Of a stretch of 64,000 nucleotides of DNA, positions 1 to 14,224 are shown one piece after another. A program made the position numbers and the translations under genes. Every line of letters starts with the position of its first letter. The first letter of the stretch is position 1. The notes beneath the pieces were generated by a model. The model saw only the letters and a list, made by a program, of their open reading frames with translations. It was not told the DNA's origin and did not search any database. This DNA is from Lingula anatina (Eukaryota; Animalia; Brachiopoda): positions 44,618,788 to 44,682,787 of the forward strand of contig CM120640.1 in assembly GCA_051362555.1 (NCBI GenBank), written 5' to 3'.

Positions 1-837
1 CTGTATCAAAAAAACTTAACAAAGGTTTTTTTTTCAATTTTTAAAAAACCTGGGGACACTGCTAAAGCAGCTGCAAGCTACTTATTGACTGATCTAAAAT
101 AAATATTCTAGACAATTGCTATGACATTTCACATCATACTTGCTTCCAGACAAGTTGTAGATTTTCTATTTTAGTAAAAATAAATTGATTGAAGAATGTG
201 AGATGGTGCTACAAGTAACAAAGGTTTAAAAACAAAGGTATAAAATTTAGTCTGTTTATGTTCTTAGTGTGAGAAAAGATAAATCTAGTAATTTTCTTTA
301 GTGATTTAAGACCCTAAAACTGATTTAAAGAAAATTTTTCATAAAATTTTAAAAAAATGTTAAATGGACTTAAATGGAGAATGAGTGAGTATAGCTGTTA
401 ATGGTCTTGTTACCCGTAAGGATGAGATGCTTAATTGTTAAAAAATATATTGAATACATGAAAGTCTCATCTCACTTACATTTACTACCATGAATATTTT
501 CTTTATCAAATTTATTTTTGGACCATATATCATTGATTACAAATTGGGTGAAATATTTAACATTTGCTCATTTTCTATAGCCAGGCTGTACATGTATCAA
601 AGGTGGATAACCCTGAAGTTGAATGTGCAATTGATTAATGATTACAAGTCCCTCGATCATACTAGCGTGAAGTTGGCATTGTCAGTTGCTCTATCTGTGC
701 TTTAAGTGTACAAATAAAAGAAGTACAATACAGCAGGCCTTCTTTTGAAAATGGTTATGGTGAAATATGATACACAGCTTATACCTGTATTTACAACCCT
801 ACCTTGCATGGCTATCACATAATAATATATTCAATAC

Positions 838-1059
838 CTTAACACCAATAAACTGTAGCATGTCTTTCTTTTCGGTCTCAGATGGACCAATATGCCTCTC
901 CGTAAAGTCATCATGCCTCGAGTAAAAGTTCCCGTAACACCTCGTTTTTTCCACTGACAGTTGATTCAGTTGACTTGAAATTGGCCTGCAAAGACTGATC
1001 AAACTATCATACTTCAGGTTCAACGTCCTGCTCGACAAATATCTAAAGACTCGGTGCAT
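838..1059 (-). CDS. GLDC: Glycine decarboxylase (P protein), first coding exon; rest of gene lies left of the window
   Basis: ATG at 1059; Arg/Ser/Leu-rich mitochondrial presequence-like N-terminus, then RHDDFTERHIGPSETEKKDMLQFIG, matching the conserved P-protein N-terminal motif (human RHDDFARRHIGP); phase-0 donor AAG|gtattg after 838. Confidence 0.9.
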
Positions 1060-1875
1060 TCTCCACTCTACGTAAAATTAAGACTGGGGTTTCTATACGT
1101 ATGAATGTTGGTCGTACTCCACATACATAACCGAACTGCAAGAGGCAGTTCTGTAGTTTTCTGACCCTTTTATTACAACTGTTTATACCTATGCATAACC
1201 AACATGTGATGCTTTGGGCTCAACCAATCAGACGTTAGTCAGCAACCAATCAGATGTAAAGCCTGGAACACACCTTCACCGAATATGGGGAATTGGGTCA
1301 TCATGATAAATGTATGACCCGACACAGATTTTTTGCGTGACATGGGAGTGATCCTTGAGACGAGGAAAAGTTATTTTAAAAGTACGTTTAATTTGCAACA
1401 ATAGCCCACAGGTTATATATCAATGGGTCACATACGTATCAGTGTAATAACTAGCGGTATGACGTGTTTTTTTTTTTTATTTCTCGTGTCATTACAATAG
1501 AAATTTGATTGAAAATGACAAAAAATGTCTACAGAAAAGAATATATGTTATTCCTTTTAGATTTCATGAGAGCGTAGTATACAGGCTTCACACCCATGTA
1601 ATGTTTACTCGACAAATATCAGCACTTATGTTGTAATGAAATCTGCTGAACGTTAAAATTAATTATATATGTATGTTAAAATTTCATATGATCCATGTTG
1701 CTCTAAATTGTCTTTCTTTTTGAACCTTGGCCACAATCACCCAAGAGCATGTAACGTTATAACATATGCACCCGTTGATCTGATAACGGCCCCTACACCG
1801 ACAGTTGCCTGCTCAGTTCACAAAATTGAGTTGGCGTAGTTCTTTAGAAAAGAAGGTTCGAATGTTAATAGTAAA
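1060..1875. promoter_or_regulatory. Putative shared divergent promoter of GLDC and HDAC3
   Basis: 816 bp between divergent ATGs; two CAACCAATCAGA (NF-Y CCAAT) boxes at 1221-1232 and 1243-1254; TGACGTGT near 1460; Inr-like TCAGTT at 1813; YY1-like AAAATGGCG over the HDAC3 ATG; locally CpG-richer. Confidence 0.6.
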
Positions 1876-4800
1876 ATGGCGTCGCCGAAAGTAGCGTACT
1901 TCTACGATCCGCAGGTCGGCAATTTTCACTATGGTTAGTACATGGACCATTATGTAAAAGGGTCACTTTGACTAAAGCTGCTCTTATCAACTGCGGTTTC
2001 AAATGATCTAAATTTATAAATGCTTAGAGTGAAAATAACTAATTCTAGTGTATTGTTGCAAGCTAATTTGATTTGATGAGCTTCTGTACAATAAATTCAA
2101 GTTAGGCCTAAGTTACACATGTAGATGTACATTCAAATTTGGTGTATCCCTGTCACTAATATTTTAATTATATTTTACCATAATCTGTTTTCACTCATGC
2201 ATAAAATATATATTGTTGGAGGAAATTATCATAAAATAATTTCTTTGTTGCAGTTGCAAATAAGTTGCAAGATTTTAAGTGACTGCATCAAATTTTTTAC
2301 AATTGTGCTTTTTCCAATTTTAGGACCAGGTCACCCAATGAAGCCACACAGACTTTCTCTTACTCACAGTTTAGTGTTGCATTATGGACTTTACAAGAAA
2401 ATGATGGTAGGAATCGCTGAAACTGCACTCAGTTGGGATCCAACATATGAACAGAATTAATTCTTTAAACATTGTCAACAATCATAAGACCAAGTAACTG
2501 ACATGTCGTTTAGATTCTCCTTTACTTGGAATGCTTTCTGCAAACTTACTTAAATGATTTCATTTAGATCTTTGAATAAATAACTGTTTTTAGTGGAGTC
2601 ACTTATTGGGAAAGACATGTTGTTGTGGGTCATACTAAAATGTGCGATAGAGTGCAATACTTTAGAGAAAATGACACCAGACAGGAGTAAACACAGGAAA
2701 TGGCCAATGACAAGAAAATAGTATGATAGAAAAACAAAATATATAACTTGGTAATTATTATTGTTGATTCAACTTAACAAATTGTAGGGTCATCTGCCAT
2801 ATTGGACTGTCATAAGAGTCACTAGTGCAGGGCTCTACTAACTTGAGTGCTCAATATGGCAGACAAACTGTTTTCTTGTTGAAGTGAATAAAATGTTGAG
2901 TATTTTATACTTCCCAAAATGTTTGTAAATTTTCTAAGTTTTGAAGTATACTATATGGGATTTTGTGCCAAGTTTAACATTCCTAAAAATGTTAGGCTTT
3001 CTTCCACATTCTTGGCATTTTGTAAGACATGACCCTGCTTAAACCTTATAACAAGAAAATGATTGCAAAAGTTATGTAAAGTGGTCATGTGTAATATGGA
3101 GACATACTTCTCATGTAAAGCAGAAAGTTGCTTAGGCTTGATCTTTGTAAGGTTTGAAGGTTCAGAAAGAAAAGATGACATTGGGTACACTTCAGATAAA
3201 CTTATCAATTTTGAGCATTTATCAGTTTTAAGTATGCAGAATAGAAATATGACTAGGGGACTTTTCAAGCAGATGAAGTTTACCTTTAAATTCGTGTTTC
3301 ATCTCAAGGTAGAATGCAATTTCTTTATGTGGTGTAATTTGGTGATAACAGCATTCATTTCATTCCATTTTAACAATTTTATAACTGTATTAAGTTTGTC
3401 ACCCCTTCTAAGGATTATATTGAATTTCTGTCAAGGTACATCTTTGTGCTTATAACAAGAATACAAAGTGACATACAATTTTCTTTTGAAGATAGTATAA
3501 CATTAGACTGCCAAAAATTTTCCAATTTTATAATATTTTACATATTATTGATTATATGGGAGAAAAATAATGGAAGAGTATTGTCTGATGCAATTGATCT
3601 GGGAATGTTGTTGAATTTCTCTAGGTGTACAGACCGTATAGAGCCTCTGCCCACGACATGTGTAGGTTCCATTCTAGGGATTATATTGAATTCCTTCAGA
3701 GGATCACCCCACAGAATGTGCAGGGTTTTACTAAATGTTTGAGCATGTATAATGTAGGAGATGACTGGTAGGTAGACTTGTTCAGTGTGTCTGAATTGTC
3801 ATGTCAGATTATAATTGTACATAGTAGAACATTTCTTGATATTCAAAAACAGTGTGCTCAAGTTAAATTAATGATTAAAGCACAGTTACTGCTAACTGTA
3901 CATATTCTTTGTTTGTTCTGAATGGTATTATTCATCAACAAAATATTGTTTTTTAGTCCAGTGTTTGATGGTATATTTGACTTCTGCTCACGATACACTG
4001 GTGCAACACTAGAAGGTGCAATCAAGTTGAATAATAATGTAAGTGACCCAGAAAAAGATTGTGGATACTTTACTGATATAAGTTACTGTGATTAATATAT
4101 TTAGGTAATGTCATGAAAATGGATGAAAAGTAATGGAAATACTTTAAATGTTTAGAGCATGTTATTTGCCTATCATTTAGTAGAGATATTATTGAAGACA
4201 CATTTAATAATTCTGTTCCTTTTTATTAAAGCATTGTGATGTGGCAGTAAATTGGTCTGGTGGATTACATCATGCCAAAAAATTTGAAGTAAGTTAATAT
4301 GATTTTCAGTTGTGTTTCTACAGAACACCCAAAAACTTACTTTAGTGGTAGTTGTTAAATTCTTGATAACTGTTTGAAAATTGATACATAAACCATAGTA
4401 CTTTTTGGTCTCTTAAACAGATGTATATTAAATTAAGTTTAAGCCACAAATTGTTATTTTTAATTTGTCATTTGCAAAGTAACCTTTTATTTGATCATTT
4501 TCAATTTTTAGGCCTCTGGTTTCTGCTATGTGAATGATATAGTTATTGGAATTTTAGAGCTTTTAAAGTAAGTCTTATAATAGTGGGTTTCCCCAAGTTT
4601 TGCATGCTGGGTTTTGAATTTATGTTAGTATAATAATCTGCCAAACATTTGTCAACTTAATATAGAATATACAGATGCGTGATTAAGTTAAAATTCGAAA
4701 AAAAAAAGCGAAAATAAATTATATTTATGTCATAGCAATGAAATAGAAATTTTATGAATTTTACTACTTGCAGGTATCACCCCAGAGTGTTGTATATAGA

Positions 4801-7800
4801 TATTGACATTCACCATGGTGATGGAGTCCAGGAAGCATTCTACCTCACAGATCGTGTTATGACACTGTCTTTCCACAAATACGGCAACTTTTTCTTCCCG
4901 GGAACAGGTAAGATTGCTATACTGTGTTGTGAAGCGTATAGGTTGCCATTCATTTGTTAGAAGTTTAAAGTTTGATCTGTTTGATATTTGACTTGAATAA
5001 TGAACATTCTGTAAGCAAAGATCAAATTAATCTTTTAAAGAAATTTTTGTTATCAACTTTCAGGGGATATGTTTGAGATCGGAGCAGAGAGTGGGAGGTA
5101 CTACTCTGTCAATGTCCCTCTTAAAGAAGGAATTGATGACCAAAGTAAGATATATTATCTGGATTTACTGGAACTATAAGCACCAGTCTAACCGTGAGTT
5201 TTTGATAGTTTGCCTGTTAATTTGAGTTTGTCTCAAAAATGTTTTATATGTTGAGTATGTTTGTTGTACTGTTTAGTCTCAAGTGCAATGAACTTATTTC
5301 TTTCAGCATATATGAACATATTCAAGCCAGTAGTACAGAATGTCATGCAGTTTTACCAGCCAACATGTATAGTATTACAGGTGGGTAAAAAGATTATTTG
5401 ATTACTTTTAACAATGACCCATGTCCAAGCATTGAAAGTGTTTTGGTATGCTGTCATACTTATTTATAATTTAATGCATCGTTTAAAATGAAATATGCAT
5501 CTTTGTTTTGATCATTGTGTGTGGCACATCACACTAAGCAAAACCAATGCTTTAGTGTATCTTCTTTGCCATGAGGTATGGCAACATAAAACATTGTTGT
5601 GAGAAGTAAGCTCACAATGCTTTTTACCATGAACCTAATAAAAATCAAATGCGTCTTACTGTATAATTTCAGTGTGGAGCAGATTCTTTAGGCAATGACA
5701 GGCTGGGCTGTTTTAGTTTGACTACAAAAGGGCATGGGTAAGTAAAATAATTGTCATTTTTGTAAGAAAAATAATGAAAAGAATGTACGGAAGTTTTACA
5801 GAAATTCTTCTTTTTGGCTTTTAATGAACTTGGTAGGAGTAGTTTTTAGGTAAAAATGGGGGGGGGGGGGGGTTTGTTATAATAGTAGAAGACGGCCTTT
5901 GATTCATTGATTTCCACTTGGATCTCTTCTGTTCTTATCTAAGGGAGTTCTTCATCAGTTTCTCCATCAGTCTGTACCATAAACTTTTCAGCTTATTTCA
6001 TTCTGACCGAGACTTTCTTGAAATCAAATGGCTCAAATCAAGATTCATTGGTACCAATATAAATTTCAATAAGACTGGACATTTTCTGCTATAGAATTAA
6101 TATTTATAATAACAATACCTTGTTTTTGTATTATGTTTTTTTTTTTCTTTTAATTAAGAATCATCATGTAACATTTACACTTCAGTAAAAAATTAAATCA
6201 AATCGAAAGCTCTTTACAGAAAAAAATCTAATAGTTATGTCAGAAAATAAATTCAAACATTCTGAAAAATTTATTGGTCCAGACAAAATTTTACAGGCTG
6301 CGGGCATAGACTGACTGCAGGCTGCCAGTCACAGACCCCTCCTTTCTTACAACATTAATCTTGGGCAAAAACAGCAAGACATACTTTTCAACAAATTTTA
6401 TCAAGTTGAACTTATTTATTAATTCATGTACTCGTCCATTCAACAAAATGTAATTGCATGATTTTATTTTTTCCAGAGAATGTGTTCAAATGGTGAAAGA
6501 CTTCAATATTCCTTTGCTGGTGTTGGGAGGTGGTGGTTACACTGTCAGGAATGTAGCTAGGTGCTGGACATACGAAACATCAGTTCTCCTAGATGAGCAG
6601 AATAGTATTAGTAATGAATTGCCCTATAATGGTAGGTGAACAATTTTAGATATTGCCAAGAAACTAGTGTAATTGATGGATTGATCTGATAAAAGTGAAA
6701 AATATAAATGGAATCCCAAACCATGTATGTATATAATATATTTGAAACAAAGTTTGATTCACCTACAAGTCTGATATCAGCTTAGGTGAAAAATTTACAC
6801 ATGGCATTTCAAACACAATTCAGTTCCTTGATGACATATTTAGGCTTCATTCACATGCAATGTCTATTTTCTAAATTCTATTTTCTATTCGCGGTATGTC
6901 TTATGATCACGGTCTGTGCCCTGAATATCCCGCGGCGTAATTACTGGCAGCGTGAGCCAGTTACTATAAGTTACTATAAGTAACTGGCTCGCGCTGCCAG
7001 TAATTATGCGGTGGGATATTCAGGGCACAGACCGTGATCATAAGATAGCGCGAATAGAAAATAGATTTTTAGAAAATAGACATTCCATGTGAACGAAGCC
7101 TTAAAGTCCTGCTTTATTTTCCTTTCAGAATACCTGGAATATTTTGCTCCAGACTTCAGCTTACATCCAGAAGTAACAGCCAAATATGAGAATCTCAATA
7201 CTAAACAGGTTAGTAGTAGAACATTACATGTGCAAAGAATATTAGACCTTGACTATGATGACCTAAGCACTACAGTATAAGTGTCCATATGTACCACGCT
7301 AAAGGAAGACATTCCACACTATGATGAGAGATTGATTTAGATATACCTGTAAGAAGAGGCCAAAGTTAAGATAGTATCCCATAGATTTTAACTATTTTAT
7401 ATTTTTTCATTAAAGTACCTGGACTACATAAGACAGATAACACATGAGAATCTCAAAAACCTCCAACATGCTCCTAGTGTCCAAATGCATGATGTCCCTC
7501 CAGATCTTCTTAGTCTAGAAAACATTGAGGACCCAGATCCTGACATGAAGAACCACCAGAATGATGAGGACATGAGGTAAGTAATTATTAAAAACTGGTG
7601 TGCTGGATATTGATTCAAATTAAAGATTTTGAGCTTCAATCTAGTACCTTATATTCTATGATTTCTGTGCATTAAGATTTAAGATTGTTGTTTTGGAAGA
7701 ACAAATTTTGGCATAACAATGTTGTTTTATATGGTGAATGTTTAAGGAATGGCATGATGTAAATCCATGTATTTGCTTAAGAGTTTTTATTTTGTATTCC

Positions 7801-7875
7801 AGGATAGAACCTGCAAATGAATTCTATGATGGAGATAGGGACAATGACAAAGAAAATGAAATGCTGGATGTATAA
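1876..7875 (+). CDS. HDAC3: Histone deacetylase 3, 14 exons, 433 aa
   Basis: Exons 1876-1933, 2324-2406, 3625-3767, 3957-4038, 4232-4288, 4512-4567, 4774-4907, 5064-5144, 5307-5380, 5673-5737, 6477-6631, 7129-7208, 7416-7576, 7803-7875; all GT-AG, phases consistent, 1302 nt. Motifs [87 protein letters not shown] and the HDAC3-type tail [13 protein letters not shown]. Confidence 0.97.
6843..7100. mobile_element. Fully palindromic PIF/Harbinger (Tourist)-like MITE in HDAC3 intron 11
   Basis: Ends GGCTTCATTCACATG...CATGTGAACGAAGCC, arms ~125 bp and nearly the whole element; TTA on both sides (6840-6842, 7101-7103), the 3-bp TWA TSD of Harbinger elements. Confidence 0.85.
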
Positions 7876-8458
7876 ACAGTTGAACAAACTAATTAGTTTT
7901 ATGCTGCATATGTAGTGTATGCTGGAAGCCTGAGTGGGGTCATACAAAGGTCATATAAAACCACACCTTTGTCTGTAGACTTGAATTTGTAATTAATACA
8001 GTCTGCCAGTTTGGCTTCTCTTGTGTCTGAAGAAGAGTGAATACATAATGGGTGGTGCAAAATATTAACATTTTAAAATAATTAAGGTTAATGTTCAGTG
8101 AAGTGCTGAAAGGAGAGAGTGCTGCAAGGAATATCTGCTAAGCACAGTGAACACCATAGATCACGGATTCATCAGGTATGGCTCTTATCAAGTTGTTAGA
8201 AAGACATATCTGACATAAAGCCATGGGTAACTAAAGCATTGTCAGACAGTGAAAAGATATACAAGTATGACTGAACTGTGGTAGATATGTCCACAATTTA
8301 TGGCCTCAGTGTATCTTGTACACAAGAAAAAAACCTGCTCTACAAAAGCCAGCACTAGGGTGAATTGGCCTCTTAATGAACATAGATAAAGTTTTATGAT
8401 AACCCATATGACAAATAATTGTGGTAATTGTGTAGTAATAATGTCATGAACTTTTATC

Positions 8459-8469
8459 AATAAAATAAA
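8459..8469 (+). terminator. Candidate HDAC3 polyadenylation signal (overlapping AATAAA x2)
   Basis: AATAAAATAAA followed by T/GT-rich sequence ~580 nt after the stop; other AATAAA near 8827, 10247 and 10352 are alternatives. Confidence 0.4.
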
Positions 8470-9289
8470 CCTGTATATTTTGTTTGAACATTTTCTTAGT
8501 AAATTTTGTAAGAAATTCCTTTATAACCAATTTTGTTGGATGTTAATTAGTAGTGAAAGTAAATAATTTCTTTTGATTTAAATATCTTTTTATGCACTGT
8601 TTACTCAAATTTTGCATTTTTTTAAATGTGGGAATGTCATTTCATCCGTGTGCAATCTGAATTTTACTGTCATAATTTGAAAGTAAACCAATGATTTGGC
8701 ATTCATAATTATGATTTTCTGCTCTCGGTGAATAGTTATACGTGTACTGGATTTTATTATGTGTATAGATATTTATATTTTGTATTTTATACATCTGTGG
8801 TGTACAGTATTTTTAATACAGCAGAAATAAATCTACAAAGATACGCAGTATGAGATATTGAGTCACATTTGTGTGAAAGACTGTTTTCAGAGTACATTTT
8901 TTTATGGTATTTGGCAATTTGCATCCACTACATTTCACACAACTTGAGCATTACTGTAATGGATATATATGTGAAGGTTTTACTAAGTGTTCCAAAATGA
9001 AAAATGGACCAGTATATTTAAAAAAATGCCAGATGGTGTTATTTGACAAACTATTCATACTATTTCATAGTTCCTATATGGTTAAATTAAATAGTGTCAT
9101 ATCATCAACTGCAACCTTAGGTGTCTCATCCAGTCCCACCAGGATGAGGCCACTTTTGAAGGGACCAAAAAGAAAAAAAAGCACTTAACATGAACATATA
9201 TTTGTTTATTGTATATTTAACCTTAAAGGGGCATAATTAAAGCCAAAAGCAAAGAGTAAGACTTAGTAAGTGTTACAGGTATTTCAGGA

Positions 9290-9960
9290 GCACTTCTGGG
9301 CAAGTCACCTTGGTTGACAATGACAATAATGAAGAACTTCTATAATGCTCAGGGACCTGAACCTTGAAGATGGGTCACTGAGAAGAGAAATAGAATGAGT
9401 GAGGCAAAACAACAGAAAAAGTCATGATGACATTTATACCTAAAGACTTAAAAGCTATTGACAGCATATGCCATAGAAAACTACATAACCCAAGAATTAC
9501 TGAACATAGTGGAAAAAGAGGGTAGTAAAGTGGGGCTACAAATGAATTCTACAAAGACAGAATTTAAAATATTGATGGTCCACTAAACATCCAAACAAAT
9601 GATGGGTGTGTGTTGTAAGGGGTCTCATATCTTAAAGTCCTTTAGAGCATGTTCTCATAACAATAAGACTGACTTTCGAGTGAAAAAGATTCGGACATTC
9701 AGCTTCAGTAAAAAAACTTAGGATATATTTAGCATCTGTTCTTTTTATAAACAGCTGATGGAGTTATGCATGGTCTATGAACTAATGGATGATTCTCAGA
9801 AATGCTTGGTATGGCACTCAATATATCTTTTACATATACCGTACACAACAAACACAGAGGTGCATCGGAATCCACCTAATGGTCACTGACAAGGTTGCAG
9901 AGCACTGCGTGAGGCAAATACCCCATAACTGCAAGTAAGATTATTGGCCAGGATTTCCCA
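9290..9960 (+). mobile_element. Degraded non-LTR retrotransposon (RTE/RTE-X-like) reverse transcriptase fragment
   Basis: 9491-9568 reads QELLNIVEKEGSKVGLQMNSTKTEFK (typical post-YADD LINE RT segment, VGLxxNxxKTE); from ~9802, MLGMALNIS..TNTEVH resembles the RTE-X post-RT region; frameshifts and stops throughout; boundaries approximate. Confidence 0.7.
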
Positions 9961-12124
9961 AAGCGGAGTGATATTTTTAAGACCAGAATGGAGAAAAAAA
10001 AAATGGAAAGCATTATGGGAGACTTCTCACCCAGCATATCACTGCTTTTTACCTAGCAACAGTAGATTCTCAAGTTTTGAAGGAAGTAAATGCTTTTTAA
10101 GTATTTTTTTTTAACCGAGTGCAGTAACATATTTCAGTTTGTTTTTTAAACCTAATTCTTAATTTATTTATTGTATTACTTTTACTTTATATATTTATCA
10201 AACTTTGCCCCAATGGTAAATGATTTTGGATTTTTGTAACTGGCTGAATAAATTCTTATCTTACCTTATCGTAAAGTGTATAACATTTATTCCTTTTTAT
10301 AAGCCCTTTTGTATGCAAGTCATTTTGTCTGTATATTTGCCATGATTATTGAATAAAAGTTCTCTGATTGATAACTAATGTAGTCGTGCACCTTCCATAA
10401 TTTTCAAATCATTTATTTATATTTTATTTTTGCAGTAATAGTAATAGGTTATAGTGTAATTTTGTTTTTACTGCGTGCTGTACACACTGTAATTCTTTAA
10501 GAAAGATTTCCAAGTAAATTCATTATTTTATCAGGATTTGAAAGGCCAGTAAATTGTTTTGCTTTCATTTTAAGCAACTCGCCTATATTGATCAATAAGC
10601 ATTGCGCCGTGCCTATTATGTAATTACCGACCGGTCATACATAGCCTATAATCATGACCATGGGTTACTTTGGCACTGTGCCATAAACTGTTCCTCCAGG
10701 TACATTTCTATATTGGATGTTCTGCACTTCATTTTGAATAAACACAATGTGGTCGGCTTAACCGATCGGTCTCAAATGATCCTTTTACATAATAAGTGAG
10801 ATTTTATACATAAATATGAAGTTGTTTTACACATGACATTTGAAGCTAGTATTATCATAACAAAATATGATAGCGTAATGTCTATTTATTTGACTTAATG
10901 CCAAATATTTTGGCATTAAAACTTTTTTTCTGACGACCTTGACAAAATGACCCAGATAAAGAGCAGGGTTTGAACGGTCAATGACCTGTGTGGAACGCCT
11001 TTTAGGGGGGAAGGTGCGTTGAAGCCGTTCTACAAAAGATATGTGTATTTTCTTATCCTCCCTGCCAGAAATTAACCCTAAATATTAGTAAAATATCCAC
11101 TAATGTTAATTTCTTATGATATGTAACAAAAGATTCTAAGGTCTAGTTGTGAAATATAGCGGAATATAACTACAAAATACTATTTTCCTTTCCTCTCCCA
11201 GATAATTCTCCTTGAACAACCGTACGGTGAACTTGGGTTGCAAAGGCCTGTCTTTTTTCGTCTGAACCCACTCTTACCAAAGGCATTGTTTTGAAGCTTA
11301 TACATGAGGATGCCAGGTAGGTTATATCGTTCAATCAGTCCCAGTAGTCGCTAAATTCGATGTACGCTTGTTGGAAATTCTAATAAGCAGACACGCAGTC
11401 TTACAACTCCAAGCATTGCTAGTCTTGCTAGTTCTACTTCATTAGACCTAGTGTTTACGTACAGTCACACAGTCTGCTCAGTCACAGTCACAAGGAAGGT
11501 TCTCTAAATTTCTTGTTTCCATCACCTGCATCTGTCTGTGTCGCCAGAGCCAGAGTCATTCATTATTTCTTGTTACCGCAATAACTGTGAATCAATTTTG
11601 GTTCCAACTCACAGTGATAACTGGTCTCAAACCACTGGTCACAAATTTATATTCTCCGGTAGAAACCCCAGTTTTCAACTATTGTCTACTGTCGGTCAGG
11701 CGGTGAAATTGATTTATAGTTTCTGCTATTGAAATGTGGTTATAATTAAGTACTGAAATAACAATGATCCAGTTATTCCTTAAGTTTTTAAGATAAGTTT
11801 TGGTTTTGTGGATCTACTAGTTTATCATATGTGTGGAAATTTAACTCAGTTTCTTTATGGGCATAAAATGATCTAAAATGACCAATAGTCTTTTTACAGT
11901 TTTGGTCATGGTTTTTCTTATTATATCTAATAAATTTTGGTACATTTACGCATTAAAAAAAGAACAGTTATTGGTGCAAGATATTTTTTTCAGTCATAAC
12001 CACAGAATTAAAATCCATGTGAGGCAATTTGCTAGGTTACAAGCAGTTTATGACCTTTGACCATCTGCATGTCTTGATTTATTTTGTTTCACCCTGTCAC
12101 ATAATTACATGATTTTTTGCATTA

Positions 12125-12224
<100 letters not shown>

Positions 12225-12519
12225 GGCACTTGTATTTGTAGGCTAAGTTCAGACTGCTTAACTTGGATGGCAGACAAAGATAAATTGATTTTGGAACATT
12301 GGTCTTGGGTCAATAAATGTTAGATTGTCTGACAACAGGCTATGTGTACATGTTTGTTACCATGGGTCGGGGACTAGTTTTATCTGAATGTGGCCTGTCA
12401 GGGATAGTTGCCCCACTCAAAAATTAAAAATTATAAAATGTGGGTCTATTTTATCTGATTATTCAATATTTTTAAAATTTGTTTTCTTGCATTGTGTGAA
12501 TGATTCCAGTACATTTGTC

Positions 12520-12746
12520 CAGCCCTGCATGGTTAGCATTGGAAAGGTAACAAATTATCACAAAGTTTTGAAAAACTGGCACAAGAGGACCAAGTAACAA
12601 ACAATAACATTTTAGTGGTGATCCATTGATTAATTAACTAATACATCAATGGATAAAAATAAATGATTTGATTGATGATTTATTTATAATAATTAGAGGT
12701 GAGGTGCCTTGTCAGAGGTCTGCACTCTCTGAGTGCTTTTCTAGTT
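12520..12746 (+). mobile_element. 3' part of a non-autonomous Helitron/Helentron-like element
   Basis: Ends CCTTGTCAGAGGTCTGCACTCTCTGAGTGCTTTTCTAGTT (GCACTC/GAGTGC hairpin then CTAG); related copy on the opposite strand at 52547-52781; 5' boundary uncertain. Confidence 0.6.
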
Positions 12747-13776
12747 ACTAGTTAAAATTAACACAAGGAGATAAACTGATTAGGAGATAGATATATCTGT
12801 GATTTTCACTGACCCTAAACTTGTCAAATGCAAATTCATGACTGTAGATGGCTAAATAACAATACAAGACATCAATAATCACGTCGGAAAAGAGCGTTTA
12901 TACAATAGGACACGCATTTGGACACTATTATATTTTATTGATTTTTATACGGTTGTCATAGTAATAAGGTGGGTAGTCTTGTATGTAATGCATATCAAGT
13001 AACCAGTTTCATTTCATATGATAAATATATCAAGTTTTTATGATATAAATATGTCAGATAAGTTTGAACAAAATAAATAATTTTTTACAAAAATTTACCA
13101 AAACAAATTTACCAAATTGCTCATTAATATTATATCCTAATTATAACAATTATAACAAATTATAACACTGACTAGAATTATTTACTGGAGGTATATTCCT
13201 GTTGCATTGACTTTTTTCATGTTTTTCTTTCTCATTTTGTTATAGTGATATGTGGATTATATATACTAAATATATTGATTTTGTTTTGTACATGAAACAT
13301 TTTTAAGAGTGTCCTTTTCACATTAATTGTGGTTACATTTTAGCACAGAGATATATGACTTGTTGGGAAAGAAAGTAGTTGTGGATAAGAAAGTTGTGTA
13401 CACTGCTTTGTCAGCTGCACTATGTGGAAAGTGATAAGGAGACTGGCAATGATGAAAAAAATATTCAATTCTTTAATCTCCCATTCATTCCTGTTTAAAG
13501 ACAGATAAATTGCTTTTTGCAAAACTGCAAAACTGCAAAACCAGGAGCATTTACAGCAATATATTAAATCCCATCAAACCGTAAAACCATCATCCTGGGG
13601 CATAGCTAGGGGTAAAATGAAGTGAATGCAACTTTTTTATGCGTGTAGATTGTGGGGCTGTAGGGCACACATCGGCTGCTGAAGTCGTGGGGGTGGGGGG
13701 CATTGAGGGGTAGGGGTTTGAAAAATCTAGCCTTAAATGGTGTGTTTAAGATTTAAGTGAAATGTTGGAGCTAAAA

Positions 13777-14224
13777 CAGGGTTCCCATTATTGCAATTTT
13801 TGTGTGTCCCTGACGCTGTTTTATCAGAATTGACCCCCAATTTAAAATGTATTGCGTTCATTTGACGCACATTTATCTATGATCCGGTTCAATTGATATC
13901 CTAATAAACAATTTTTTGCAATGCATTAAGCCATCTTTCACTCAGTAGTTCAAGTTTACTATGTTCAAAAGCTGCGTCATATTCAAGATCAGGATAAATT
14001 ATCTTAAGAGCTCTTTCTTGAGACTTTTCTACTGGGGCAGTCAATTCTTTCTTTAACTCAAAGTGCCAGACACTTGTGACTTGTTGTTTGTATTTCTTCT
14101 GATGTTTATTTCAATGTTATTTCAAACTTATAAATTCTTGACCCCTAAATTTTGAAAATGAGCTCTATTTTTAAAAAGTGGGGGTCAAAATGACCCTTAC
14201 ATGCAAAATCTAGTGGAAACCCTG
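13777..14224. mobile_element. Non-autonomous DNA transposon with CAGGG ends and apparent 5-bp TSD
   Basis: CAGGGTTCCCATTA...TAGTGGAAACCCTG; TAAAA on both sides; subterminal TGACCCC/GGGGTCA repeats. Confidence 0.65.
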
